64,000 nt of DNA from a bacterium (GTDB lineage Bacteria; Margulisbacteria; Marinamargulisbacteria; JABIPA01). The DNA is taken from NCBI GenBank assembly GCA_018698675.1, contig JABIPA010000019.1, positions 17,902 through 81,901 of the forward strand, given 5' to 3'. Both the position numbers and the translations under genes were made by a program. Of the stretch, positions 38,957-49,056 are shown piece after piece (the stretch's first letter is position 1; each line of letters begins with the position of its first letter). The notes under the pieces were generated by a model that saw nothing but the letters and a program-made list of their open reading frames with translations, searched no databases and was not told the DNA's origin.

Positions 38957-39570
38957 TTTTTATCTCCTTTAACAATTGTTTTATTGTTTATAATTTTTAT
39001 TTGATTTTTACCAAAAGAGTTAATCGCTTTAGGTAATGCTTTATGTTCTTCAATAAGAATTTTATTGCATAATGTTTCTTCTGTATCCTCGGAATTAACT
39101 AGGACTGCGTTTTGACTAATAATAGCGCCACCATCTAGAGTCTCGTCTACGAAATGAACAGTGCAACCACTTATTCTTACACCAGCTTCGATCGCTTGTT
39201 TTTGAGCATTTAAGCCTTTAAAAGAAGGAAGCAAGGAAGGGTGTATGTTTATTATTCTATTTTTATAGGCCGTTAATATTTCGGTCTGAACGAGTTTCAT
39301 ATATCCTGCAAGGACGACAAGGTCTACGTCCTTTTTTAATAGGTTTGATACTATTTCTTTTTCATAATCTTTTTTTGATTCGAATTGATTTTGTTCGATA
39401 GAAATTGTATTCAATCCAAAGGCTTTGGCTTTTTTTACACCATCAGCCTTTGAATTGGAGCTAATAACAAGTTCTATGCTCGCGGCTAAGGATTTATTTT
39501 CAATAGCATTTTGGATTGCTACCATATTTGATCCACGACCAGAGATTAAAATTCCTAATTTTAATTTCAT
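38953..39570 (-). CDS. purN: Phosphoribosylglycinamide formyltransferase
   Basis: LGILISGRGSNMVAIQNA ... INIHPSLLPSFKG (formyl-transferase motifs). Confidence 0.85.
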   Translation of the reverse strand: MKLKLGILISGRGSNMVAIQNAIENKSLAASIELVISSNSKADGVKKAKAFGLNTISIEQNQFESKKDYEKEIVSNLLKKDVDLVVLAGYMKLVQTEILTAYKNRIINIHPSLLPSFKGLNAQKQAIEAGVRISGCTVHFVDETLDGGAIISQNAVLVNSEDTEETLCNKILIEEHKALPKAINSFGKNQIKIINNKTIVKGDKK

Positions 39571-39576
39571 TATAAA

Positions 39577-40539
39577 TTATTGTTTTTGGATTGAAACTTT
39601 TCCAGACCCACTTTTTGTTTTTCCTAAGAAAATGAGTTCTGTGTCATCTATTTCGGATTCCGAAATGATAACCATTCCGATTCCCATGTTAAATACACGG
39701 TACATTTCATCATCTGTAATATTCCCCATTTTTTGAAGGTTTTTGAATATAGAAGGGACGTCCCATGGGGAGATATCGATATCGATATTTTTTGGGATGA
39801 TTCTTTCAAGGTTTTCTTCGAAACCTCCACCAGTAATATGGGCGATTCCTTTAATAGGGTTTTTATCAATTAAGTCTAATACTTTTTTGACGTAAATTTT
39901 TGTAGGAATTAACGCATCTTCATTTGAAACGAGACGTTCTTTTGAATTAGAATCTAATACCTTTCTCACAAGAGAATACCCATTGCTGTGAAAACCCGAA
40001 GAAGTTAATCCATAGACAAACTGGCCGTCTTTAATTTGTTGTCCGTCAATGATTTCTGATTTTTCAACGATACCAACACTGAATCCAGCTAAGTCAAAGT
40101 CCCCACTTTTATATAGATCATTCATTTCTGCCATTTCGCCGCCAATAAGAGCACAGTCTGATTGTTTACAGCCGTCTACAATTCCGGAAATGATTTCGTC
40201 CATCTCTTTTGGAACCGTTTTATGACAAGCAATATAGTCTAAAAAGTAAAGTGGTTTTGCTCCACAACAAATGAGATCATTCACGCACATTGCTACTAAA
40301 TCGATACCAATTTTTGAATTGTCGTTTGCTTCGATAGCTAATTTAACTTTTGTACCTACTCCGTCTGTACACGATACAAGAACGGGTTGTTTATAACCTT
40401 CTGGAATTTCGTACATTCCAGCGAATCCACCAATTGAATTTAATACTGACGAATTAAATGTTGATTTAACTTTATTTTTTATAAGATCGACGGCTTTGTT
40501 TCCCGCATCTATATCTACACCTGAAGATTTATAATCCAC
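39577..40539 (-). CDS. purM: Phosphoribosylformylglycinamidine cyclo-ligase (AIR synthetase)
   Basis: MDYKSSGVDIDAGNKAV... and GVGTK / AIRS C-terminal domain. Confidence 0.9.
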   Translation of the reverse strand: MDYKSSGVDIDAGNKAVDLIKNKVKSTFNSSVLNSIGGFAGMYEIPEGYKQPVLVSCTDGVGTKVKLAIEANDNSKIGIDLVAMCVNDLICCGAKPLYFLDYIACHKTVPKEMDEIISGIVDGCKQSDCALIGGEMAEMNDLYKSGDFDLAGFSVGIVEKSEIIDGQQIKDGQFVYGLTSSGFHSNGYSLVRKVLDSNSKERLVSNEDALIPTKIYVKKVLDLIDKNPIKGIAHITGGGFEENLERIIPKNIDIDISPWDVPSIFKNLQKMGNITDDEMYRVFNMGIGMVIISESEIDDTELIFLGKTKSGSGKVSIQKQ

Positions 40540-40953
40540 TTAAAGACTCCTTTGTTTTGAATCTAAATATCCTTGCAAGAAAAAGGCTGCAGCATGTGCA
40601 TCTAATGACTTTTTCTTTTTTCTCGATTTTAAATTCGTTTGAATCATAGCTTGTTTTACCGCTTTTGTAGAGTATCTTTCGTCCCAATACGTGATTGGTA
40701 TATTTGTTGTTTCTCTTAGCTTTTCACCGAAGGTTCTGACTTCAGTAGCTTTTTTCGAATCGTTTCCTTCTTTATCTTTTGGAAGTCCAAAAACGATTTC
40801 GGATATGTCATATTCTTCTATTATTTCTTTTAGTAGTTTAATTGTATTTTGTGATGATTCAATAATTCGAATTGGCAACGATACTTTTTGGTCGGGATCA
40901 GACGCTGCAATTCCAATTCGTTTTTCTCCATAGTCTATGCCTAATACTCTCAT
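40540..40953 (-). CDS. ruvX: Putative pre-16S rRNA nuclease / Holliday-junction resolvase-like YqgF
   Basis: MRVLGIDYGEKRIGIAASD (RNase H-fold catalytic Asp) ... LDESGTS-type core. 137 aa. Confidence 0.85.
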   Translation of the reverse strand: MRVLGIDYGEKRIGIAASDPDQKVSLPIRIIESSQNTIKLLKEIIEEYDISEIVFGLPKDKEGNDSKKATEVRTFGEKLRETTNIPITYWDERYSTKAVKQAMIQTNLKSRKKKKSLDAHAAAFFLQGYLDSKQRSL

Positions 40954-40959
40954 AATTGT

Positions 40960-43488
40960 TTAAACGCTCGTTTTTATAAGGTGTTTACGAAGAGAGTCTA
41001 ATGCGGATGGTAATTTAGAAGAATCTAAACCTCCTGCTTGAGCCATGTCTGGTCGACCTCCACCTTTTCCACCAGTTATATCCGTAATAAAAGAAATTAT
41101 TTTGGGAGCCGTAATTTGGTTAATCACAGATTTGTCGCAACGAACTAATACTTGTCCATTTTTGATGGATGATAGAACTGCAATTAATGATGGTTTTAAC
41201 GTCATTATTTTGTCTGACATAGCTTTTAAGCCTTTTATATCGGTTCCTTCTACATCTTTTATGAGAAGGTTTGAGTTATTTTGTAGTGAAAGAATTTCGT
41301 TCATAAATTCATCAATAGAATCATTTAGTTTGGAATTGTTTTCTTTGTTTATTCGTTTTTCTAGTTCCTTGATTTTAGATAGGATACTTTTTTCTCGATT
41401 TTGAAGTTCGTTAATTTCTAGGGTTTCCAAATCAATTAGATTTTCTATAACTTTATCGTCAATTGAAAGTTGTTTTGATAGTTTTTTAAGAATGTCTAAT
41501 TTAGGAGAAATACCTTTTTTTAGTTTTTTCTTTACATTGTCTTCATGAATTTGAATATTTTCATTTCCTGCAATTGCTTCAATTCGACGGGTGCCTGCAG
41601 AAATTGCAGATTCACTAAGAATTTTTATTGCCTCAATATCTTTAGTATTGATGACGTGTGTTCCACCACAAAGTTCGAAGGAATAGTCTCCTATTTTAAC
41701 GGTTCTGACGATGTCTCCGTATTTTTCTCCAAAAAGAGCCATTGCTCCAATATCTTTTGCTTGTTTTATAGGCATATTTTCGATTTCGATTGATATGTTT
41801 TCTGAAATTTTTTCATCTATAATTTTTTGAATTTTTTCTAAATCTTCTTTAGATATTGATTTGAAATGAGAAAAATCGAATCGTAGTCGTGTCGTGTCGA
41901 CAAGACTTCCTGCTTGGAATACGTGTTCTCCTAAAACTATACGAAGGGCTTCGTGTAATATATGTGTTCCCGTATGATGTCGGGCCATTTTTAATTTTTC
42001 AGGAATAGTGTTCAGTAAACGAGCCTCTCCACCTTTTGCAACCAATTGATCGGGTGCGTGGTGTAGGCTTTTATTCGATACGAGTTGTTGTATCAGTTTT
42101 AGTTTTTCTTCGTCAGTTTTTAACGATGTTTTTGTATTAGAAGATAGGTCGGAAGCTGATGGTGCATCTGTAAACTGTTGTGCGTTTCTACTTCTATTTT
42201 TTTGCTCATTTAATAGTTTTTGAAAGCCTTCTTCATCGATAGAACAATTTTTTTCTTCGCAAAAATCTTTAGTTAAATCTAATGGGAATCCGAATGTGTC
42301 GTAAAGTTTAAACGTAACTTCTCCAGATAGTCTTTTTAAATTTGGTGTTTCTGAAAATATTTTTTCAAGTAATTCTAATCCTGAATCAAGAGTTTTTAGA
42401 AAACTAATTTCCTCTGATTTTATAATATCAATCATGACGTTCTGTTGACGTTCAATTGATTCAAAGAATCCGTCCATGGTTGAAATTACAGTAGGAACAA
42501 GTTTATGGATGATTGGTTCTTTTATTCCTATGTTATTGGCATATCTAAGTGCTCGTCGTAAAAGACGTCGTAAAACATAGCCTCGACCTTCATTAGACGG
42601 ATAAACATTGTCAGAAATTCCGAATATGAGGGTTCTTACATGATCTGCCATTACTCTGTGCGGAGTGCCTGGTTCATCTGATGAATAAGTAATCCCACTA
42701 ATCTCTTCAATTTTTCGTATGATCGGTTTAAATACATCGGTATCGTAAACAGAAGGAACATTTTGCAAGATTGCGCACAGACGTTCGAATCCGGCTCCCG
42801 TATCAACGTGTTTGTTTGGAAGGTCATTTAAGGTGCCTTCAGAATCTCGATTGTATTGAATGAAAACAAGGTTCCATAGTTCTAAATACCGTTCGCAGTC
42901 GCCGTTTACAAAGCAGACATGATTAGGATCTTTGTGATGACAGTGTTCTGGGCCTCTATCCATGTGGATTTCAGAAGAAGGTCCGCATGGCCCTGTTTTA
43001 CCCATTTCCCAAAAATTATCTTTTTCGTCGTATTTTAAAATGTGTTCTGGGTTTATATCTGTCAAAGATTTCCATAAATCTTTGCTTTCATCATCTGTTC
43101 TATAAACAGTTGCATAAAGTTTACTTTTTGGAAGATTAAATTTTGTTGTTAATAGTTCCCAAGCCCATGATATCGCTTCTTTTTTATAGTAATCTCCAAA
43201 TGACCAATTTCCTAACATTTCAAATAAGGTTAAATGACTCACATCGTGACCAACATCTTCCAGATCATTATGTTTTCCTGAGACTCTAATACAAATTTGA
43301 GAATTAACAGCTCGTGTATAGTCTCTCGTTCCAGTTCCTAAGAAAACATCTTTGAATTGATTCATACCTGCATTGATAAATAAAAGACTAGGATCATTTT
43401 GAGGCGCAACAGGACAACTTTTAACGAATGTATGTTTTTTGTTTAAAAAGAAGTTTATGTAGTGTTGTCTAATTTCTGTATTTTTCAT
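40960..43488 (-). CDS. alaS: Alanine-tRNA ligase
   Basis: 842 aa. Class II catalytic core. Editing-domain HxxxH (HTGTHILHEALR) and CGGTH (ELCGGTHVINT). C-terminal DHHA1-like region. Confidence 0.95.
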   Translation of the reverse strand: MKNTEIRQHYINFFLNKKHTFVKSCPVAPQNDPSLLFINAGMNQFKDVFLGTGTRDYTRAVNSQICIRVSGKHNDLEDVGHDVSHLTLFEMLGNWSFGDYYKKEAISWAWELLTTKFNLPKSKLYATVYRTDDESKDLWKSLTDINPEHILKYDEKDNFWEMGKTGPCGPSSEIHMDRGPEHCHHKDPNHVCFVNGDCERYLELWNLVFIQYNRDSEGTLNDLPNKHVDTGAGFERLCAILQNVPSVYDTDVFKPIIRKIEEISGITYSSDEPGTPHRVMADHVRTLIFGISDNVYPSNEGRGYVLRRLLRRALRYANNIGIKEPIIHKLVPTVISTMDGFFESIERQQNVMIDIIKSEEISFLKTLDSGLELLEKIFSETPNLKRLSGEVTFKLYDTFGFPLDLTKDFCEEKNCSIDEEGFQKLLNEQKNRSRNAQQFTDAPSASDLSSNTKTSLKTDEEKLKLIQQLVSNKSLHHAPDQLVAKGGEARLLNTIPEKLKMARHHTGTHILHEALRIVLGEHVFQAGSLVDTTRLRFDFSHFKSISKEDLEKIQKIIDEKISENISIEIENMPIKQAKDIGAMALFGEKYGDIVRTVKIGDYSFELCGGTHVINTKDIEAIKILSESAISAGTRRIEAIAGNENIQIHEDNVKKKLKKGISPKLDILKKLSKQLSIDDKVIENLIDLETLEINELQNREKSILSKIKELEKRINKENNSKLNDSIDEFMNEILSLQNNSNLLIKDVEGTDIKGLKAMSDKIMTLKPSLIAVLSSIKNGQVLVRCDKSVINQITAPKIISFITDITGGKGGGRPDMAQAGGLDSSKLPSALDSLRKHLIKTSV

Positions 43489-43563
43489 GTGCTTGTTTAC
43501 CTTAGTTTTATTTTATGGATATTAAATTTAGATATTTTATAAATGCTTGCCTTGTTTTACTTC

Positions 43564-43767
43564 TTACTTATTTTTTCGTTTAAACTTAGATAAAAAAGAA
43601 AGTAGACCTACAGCATTTTTTACATCTGTGATTGTATCAAGTCTATTCAATAATACGTTTACCGAATTAAGGCTTTTTATTGTTTTTACTGTAAGTACAA
43701 TTAGTGCGCAACATAATCCAAAAAATATGACATAACAGCTAATTTGTAGATAAAAAAGAATATCCAT
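43564..43767 (-). CDS. Small membrane protein, DUF948-like (single TM plus heptad region)
   Basis: 67 aa. N-terminal TM, then LNSVNVLLNRLDTITDVKNAV repeats as in DUF948/YtxG-type proteins. Confidence 0.3.
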   Translation of the reverse strand: MDILFYLQISCYVIFFGLCCALIVLTVKTIKSLNSVNVLLNRLDTITDVKNAVGLLSFLSKFKRKNK

Positions 43768-43776
43768 AATTAATTG

Positions 43777-44046
43777 TTACTTGGTATCAGATTGTTTAAT
43801 GTCCGAAATCATTGTGTTAATTTTTTCAAACCCTTGATCAATAGCGTTTAACGTTTTATTGATCAGATCTTCAGTTTTTTCCTTTTCCACTGGTTCAGTT
43901 TTTTCGTCTTTTTTACTTGGTTTGATAGACGTCGTTGCTTCAGCTGATTGAACATTAGTTATAAAAAGTCCAAGTAAAAGTCCTCCAACAGCGCCAAGTA
44001 CCAAACCTTGAGAAAATTTGCATTTATTACATTTTTTTTCCATCAA
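43777..44046 (-). CDS. Small membrane protein, YtxH-like
   Basis: 89 aa. Gly-rich TM GLVLGAVGGLLLGLF followed by a charged helical tail, as in the YtxH family. Confidence 0.35.
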   Translation of the reverse strand: MMEKKCNKCKFSQGLVLGAVGGLLLGLFITNVQSAEATTSIKPSKKDEKTEPVEKEKTEDLINKTLNAIDQGFEKINTMISDIKQSDTK

Positions 44047-44183
44047 ACATCCCTTTCTTTTGGAAAATAATTATTTCCAATAAAGGACCTGTGTTTCATG
44101 ATGGTCCTTCTCAAAAAAAGTATAGCTAATTTGCAAAGATATTCAAAGCTATGGGATGATAAATTTTTGGAGAACATAATTTA

Positions 44184-45392
44184 ATGGAACAGTTTCAACA
44201 TTTTACAGTTTCGCAGTTTAATGGGTTTGTAAAAGAACTTATTGAAGGACCTCCCATTTTTAAAAATATTTGGATAAAAGGTGAATTGTCTGGCGTTAAA
44301 TACTATCAGTATGGTCAGCAGTTGTATTTTAGCGTGTTAGAAGGGGATTCTAAATTAAGCTGTGTAATGTATAGCAGATCCATACAATCTATGAATTTCA
44401 AGCCTGCAAATGGGGACCAGGTGGTTATTAGAGGTCAATTGAAATTATTTCATAAAAAGGGTCAGCTCGTATTTCAAGCGCATGCAATTACGAAAGATGG
44501 AACGGGTGAGAAATCTCAAAAATTAAGCGAATTAAAAGAGAAATTAACAAAAGAAGGTTTGTTTGACGAGTCTGCAAAAACTGCATTACCTACGTTTCCT
44601 AAAACAATAGGTTTGATTACTGCATTTAAATCGGCCGCTATGTCTGATTTTTTTAAAGTTTCTCGGTTAATTTTCCCTGGGGTTAAATTAAAAGTGTTTC
44701 CTGCCGTTATGCAAGGTGATTTTAGTGCTCCAACTATAATTGAATCTATTAATAACGCAAAAGAATACGGAAAATGCGATGTTTTAGTTTTATTAAGAGG
44801 GGGAGGGTCAAAAGAAGATTTATCGTCATTTAATTCTGAGGCATTGGTTCGTGCAATTTCTACGATAGATATTCCTTTTGTGAGTGCAATAGGGCATGAG
44901 TCTGATTGGACTTTAGTAGACTTTGTATCTGACTATCGAGCATCTACTCCTTCGTCTGCAGCTCAACATTTAATGTCAGATTATTCAAAAATTGACGAGT
45001 TGTTTCGCGCTATTGTGAATAACGAAAATTTAATTAAGTTGGAATTGCAGTCAGTCTATCAGGAATTAACGTATAGATTGAAAATAGGAAGTCAGAAAAT
45101 CGAGTCAAAATTATTTTTTTATCAAGATAAAATTTCATCGTTAATTAAGCGTGCAGAGTCTTCAAATCCCTTGCATAAACTTATTCAAGGATTTAGTATA
45201 TGTGGGCTCAAAAAGTATCCTGTTGAAGAAGCTAAAAATAAGGATGTTATCGAAGGGTCTAAATTTGATTCTATCCGAGTTTTGAAAACAATAAATGGAC
45301 TTAAAAAAGGACAACGTTTACAAACTGTTTTAAATGATGGAGTAATAGAGTCTGAGATTGTTACCATTAAAAAAGAGAAAATATGTCTATAG
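44184..45392 (+). CDS. xseA: Exodeoxyribonuclease VII large subunit
   Basis: N-terminal OB-fold plus catalytic domain of about 400 aa. Immediately followed by the overlapping xseB gene. Confidence 0.85.
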   Translation: MEQFQHFTVSQFNGFVKELIEGPPIFKNIWIKGELSGVKYYQYGQQLYFSVLEGDSKLSCVMYSRSIQSMNFKPANGDQVVIRGQLKLFHKKGQLVFQAHAITKDGTGEKSQKLSELKEKLTKEGLFDESAKTALPTFPKTIGLITAFKSAAMSDFFKVSRLIFPGVKLKVFPAVMQGDFSAPTIIESINNAKEYGKCDVLVLLRGGGSKEDLSSFNSEALVRAISTIDIPFVSAIGHESDWTLVDFVSDYRASTPSSAAQHLMSDYSKIDELFRAIVNNENLIKLELQSVYQELTYRLKIGSQKIESKLFFYQDKISSLIKRAESSNPLHKLIQGFSICGLKKYPVEEAKNKDVIEGSKFDSIRVLKTINGLKKGQRLQTVLNDGVIESEIVTIKKEKICL

Positions 45393-45592
45393 AAAAGAAA
45401 GTAAAATCATTGGAGCTATTATTAGAAGAAATGGAATCCGTTTCTTTGGAAGATGCTGTTAAAAAGTATGGTAAAGCTATCGAGTTATCAACAAAATTAA
45501 AAAAAGAGTTAAATAAGGTTGAATCTTCATTTTCTCTAATTCAAAAACAGGGTGAAGCATTGGTTTCAGAAAAGTTTAACTATGACGATTGA
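45383..45592 (+). CDS. xseB: Exodeoxyribonuclease VII small subunit
   Basis: 69-aa coiled-coil protein (LEEMESVSLEDAVKKYGKAIELSTKLKKEL) overlapping the xseA 3' end. Confidence 0.7.
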   Translation: MSIEKKVKSLELLLEEMESVSLEDAVKKYGKAIELSTKLKKELNKVESSFSLIQKQGEALVSEKFNYDD

Positions 45593-46535
45593 AAAACAAA
45601 AGCGAAATATTTTAACAAATGACTTAAATTCAGATAATTCAAATTCGTTAGATTTGAGTTTTGAGGATTTTACATTGCGGTATAAAGATGTTTTTGAAAA
45701 GGAACTCCTATCTTATATAACCTCTAATCAATCAGATAAAAGAAAAATATTAGAAGAAGCAATGACTTATTCCTTGATGGCTAAAGGGAAACGGTTTCGA
45801 CCAATGTTAGTAATTGCGACTTTTTTAATGTTTTCTTCGGACATAAAGAAAATAATGCCATTAGCTTGCGCGATCGAAATGTCACATACCTATTCTTTGA
45901 TTCATGATGATTTACCAGCAATGGATAATGATGATTTTAGGAGAGGTGCTTTAACGTGCCATAAAAAATTTGGTGAGGATGTTGCAATTTTGGCTGGGGA
46001 TACTCTTAATACCTATGCATATGAAATATTAAGTTCAAATTTAACTTATGAATCTAAAAAGATTCTTAATGTCATTGTTGAATTTTCAAAGGCACAAGGC
46101 ATTGATGGAATGGCCGGTGGACAAATGCTTGACCTGGCTGGGCATTCATTGCAAAAAAAAGCGTCACATCATTTAGAGACGACGCACCGTTTAAAAACAG
46201 GTAAGATTATTGAATCGTGTATTATTTTGCCAGCGATATTGGAAAATGCTCCTGATGGAGTAAAACAATTGTTAAAAGAATTCGGACAGATTGTTGGTTT
46301 GCTTTTTCAAATTACTGACGATATTTTGGATGTCGTAGGAACATCCAAAGAATTAGGGAAAACTAGTAATAAAGATGTAGAGCAAAATAAGTTAACATAT
46401 GTTACCTATTACGGATTAGATGAGTCTAAAAGAATGGCATCTAATCTTGTAATGAAGGGGCAAGAAATTGCAGATAAATTAAATAATAAGGTTTACCGTG
46501 ATATTATGAGTTTTATGATAAAAAGGACATTTTAA
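45582..46535 (+). CDS. ispA: Farnesyl-diphosphate synthase (trans-isoprenyl diphosphate synthase)
   Basis: First DDxxD (LIHDDLPAMDNDDFRRG) and second DDxxD (FQITDDILD). Start set to ATG 45582 (MTIEKQ...), overlapping the xseB stop by 11 nt. The 45552 ATG is the alternative. Confidence 0.85.
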   Translation: MTIEKQKRNILTNDLNSDNSNSLDLSFEDFTLRYKDVFEKELLSYITSNQSDKRKILEEAMTYSLMAKGKRFRPMLVIATFLMFSSDIKKIMPLACAIEMSHTYSLIHDDLPAMDNDDFRRGALTCHKKFGEDVAILAGDTLNTYAYEILSSNLTYESKKILNVIVEFSKAQGIDGMAGGQMLDLAGHSLQKKASHHLETTHRLKTGKIIESCIILPAILENAPDGVKQLLKEFGQIVGLLFQITDDILDVVGTSKELGKTSNKDVEQNKLTYVTYYGLDESKRMASNLVMKGQEIADKLNNKVYRDIMSFMIKRTF

Positions 46536-46999
46536 TGCCGACTAGTATATTAGAATTATTTCAAGTTTTATTTCCTTTATGGGCAGGTTTAATTAGTTTA
46601 GGTTTGGTTCAGGTATTAAAGGTTATTGTGATGTCAATTTCTCAACGGAAATTAGGATTGCATTATTTTTTTTCGACAGGTGGGATGCCTTCTTCTCATT
46701 CAGCAATGGTTACTGGATTGACCACCGGGTTAGGATTAACTTCAGGGTGGACTAGTCCTGAGATATGCGTCTCAGCCATATTTTCTTTTGTGGTACTATA
46801 TGATGCAGCTGGCATTCGGCGAGCAGCTGGAAATCATGCAGCAATATTAAATAGATTGATTGATAATCATATTAATCAAAAAGAATTCGAGGGCGAAAAA
46901 CTTCGAGAATTACTTGGACACACCAGAAATGAAGTTTTTGTTGGCGTTGGATTTGGTATTTTAATTGCATTTTTATTGTATTATTTATTTTATATTTAA
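46535..46999 (+). CDS. Divergent-PAP2 (DUF212) family membrane protein
   Basis: Motif FFSTGGMPSSHSAMVTGL and a second ...DAAGIRRAAGNHAA... segment typical of DUF212. Confidence 0.7.
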   Translation: MPTSILELFQVLFPLWAGLISLGLVQVLKVIVMSISQRKLGLHYFFSTGGMPSSHSAMVTGLTTGLGLTSGWTSPEICVSAIFSFVVLYDAAGIRRAAGNHAAILNRLIDNHINQKEFEGEKLRELLGHTRNEVFVGVGFGILIAFLLYYLFYI

Positions 47000-47019
47000 G
47001 GTAACTAAAAGTTAAAAAC

Positions 47020-48945
47020 ATGGATAAAAAATCGTTATTGTATAGTTTGAATTTTCCGGATGATTTGAAAGATTTATCTAAATCTGAATACGAACAACTT
47101 GCTGATGAAATTCGCGAAGAATTGATTCAAATTGGACAAACTTGTGGTGGACACTTGGCTTCTAATTTGGGAGTTGTTGAATTAACGTTAGCAATTCATT
47201 CCGTTTTTGATAGCCCTATTGATAAAACAGTTTGGGACACGTCTCATCAGTGTTATGTTCATAAAATGCTAACTGGACGATTGGATAAAATGTATTCGAT
47301 CCGTCAAAATGGTGGCTTATCTGGATTCGCTAAAATTTCCGAAAGTGAACACGATATGTTTGGAGCTGGTCATGCGTCTACAGCGTTGTCAGCGGCTTTA
47401 GGAATTGCTCAAGCGCGAGATATAAAAAAAGAAAATTTTTCCGTTATTTCTGTAATCGGAGATTCCACTTTAACTGGTGGAATGGCTTTTGAAGCTTTAA
47501 ATAATATTAAATATTTAAAATCTAATTTTATATGCATTTTAAATGATAATAATATGGCAATTTCACGGCCTGTTGGAAATATGGCCGATTATATGACTCG
47601 ATTAAGAACATCTCCTGGATATGGCGTTTTAAAGGATAAGTTTGAAAGTGTTTTTGATAGAATCCCAAGAATCGGAACACCCTTAAAACGAAGAATCGAG
47701 AAAGCTGTTGAACGGATGAGGTCTATTGTTTTAGATTTTAAAGTCGGTGTTATATTTGAAGAATTTGGTTTTAAATACTTAGGTCCTATCGATGGACATA
47801 ATATATCGATGGTAATGGCCGCATTAAAATTTGCTAAAAATTATGATGGTCCGATTATGATTCATATGATTACGAAAAAGGGAAAAGGGCATACTCCTGC
47901 TGAAGAAAATCCTATTAAATATCATGGCGTTTCTCCTAAGAAGAAAGTTTCAGTCGTTGAAACTAAACCAATGAAACCAACAAAATCTTACTCAGAAGTT
48001 CTTGGAGACGCTGTTTGTGAATTAGCAGATGAAGATCCTTCAATCGTTGTTGTTACACCTGCAATGAAAGAGGGAAGTGGGTTAACTAAATTTGCAGACC
48101 AATTTCCTGATAGATTTTTTGATGTTGGTATAGCTGAAGAACACGCTGTCACTTTTTGTGCCGGTTTAGCATTTCAAGGTATTAAGCCAATTTTATCTAT
48201 ATATTCAACATTTTTACAACGAGGTTTCGATCAGATTATCCATGATGTTTGTCTTCAAAAATTACCTGTAATATTTACTTTGGATAGATCAGGACTTGTA
48301 GGAGAAGATGGGCCGACTCATCACGGGGTTTTTGATATTGCCTTTTTATTGATGATTCCGAGCCTTATTTTGCTTGCACCTAGAGATGGGCAAGATTTGA
48401 AATCAATGGTGAAGTGGGCTGCTAAACAATCAATAGCTACATTCGTTCGATTTCCAAAAGGAACTCTTGAAGATCGACCAATCGAAATTGACGACACTGC
48501 GTCAGATAAATCTCAAATACTTGTTGAATCGGGGCCTGAAATTGTCGTTTTATCTATTGGTTCTATGGTATGGCCTGCTTATAAAGCCGCGATAGCTTTA
48601 AAGGCTAAGGGAATTAATTGTACTGTTGTTGATTTGAAGTGTCTGAAACCCCTAGATAAGGAAACGTTGTTGCCTTTGTTAGAAAAGGCTAGAGATTGTT
48701 TGGTAATTGAAGAGGGTGTATCAATAGGTGGTGTAGCTTCTTATATCCGCCAAGTATTTATTGACCTTCCAATTAGATGGCATGAACTTGGAATTGGCGA
48801 CGAGTTTGTTTCTCATGGGAAGATAGACTATTTAAGAGGTAACTTAGGTCTTTCTGAAAGTGGCATTCAGAAAAAAATAGAAGATGTTTTTTTTTGTCAA
48901 AAACAACCTAACAAAAAATCAAAAAATTTAGAATTTGTATCTTAG
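47020..48945 (+). CDS. dxs: 1-deoxy-D-xylulose-5-phosphate synthase
   Basis: GGHLASNLGVVELTLAIHSVF...WDTSHQCYVHKMLTGR and TPP-binding GDSTLTGGMAFEALNN. 641 aa. Confidence 0.95.
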   Translation: MDKKSLLYSLNFPDDLKDLSKSEYEQLADEIREELIQIGQTCGGHLASNLGVVELTLAIHSVFDSPIDKTVWDTSHQCYVHKMLTGRLDKMYSIRQNGGLSGFAKISESEHDMFGAGHASTALSAALGIAQARDIKKENFSVISVIGDSTLTGGMAFEALNNIKYLKSNFICILNDNNMAISRPVGNMADYMTRLRTSPGYGVLKDKFESVFDRIPRIGTPLKRRIEKAVERMRSIVLDFKVGVIFEEFGFKYLGPIDGHNISMVMAALKFAKNYDGPIMIHMITKKGKGHTPAEENPIKYHGVSPKKKVSVVETKPMKPTKSYSEVLGDAVCELADEDPSIVVVTPAMKEGSGLTKFADQFPDRFFDVGIAEEHAVTFCAGLAFQGIKPILSIYSTFLQRGFDQIIHDVCLQKLPVIFTLDRSGLVGEDGPTHHGVFDIAFLLMIPSLILLAPRDGQDLKSMVKWAAKQSIATFVRFPKGTLEDRPIEIDDTASDKSQILVESGPEIVVLSIGSMVWPAYKAAIALKAKGINCTVVDLKCLKPLDKETLLPLLEKARDCLVIEEGVSIGGVASYIRQVFIDLPIRWHELGIGDEFVSHGKIDYLRGNLGLSESGIQKKIEDVFFCQKQPNKKSKNLEFVS

Positions 48946-49056
48946 CTTTTATAGGTTTATTCAATTTATTGTAAGAGATAGTCTGCTGTAACCATAAATG
49001 GTGAAGGCTATTTTTTTGAAATTGGATTTATTCTAAATATTTTGGCGTGGTATCTT

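Noticed and set aside
44078-44111. 7-bp inverted repeat (aaggacc...ggtcctt) between the YtxH-like gene and xseA
   Set aside because: The stem is short and the loop is 13 nt. The U-run is on the wrong side for either flanking gene, so it is not a convincing terminator.
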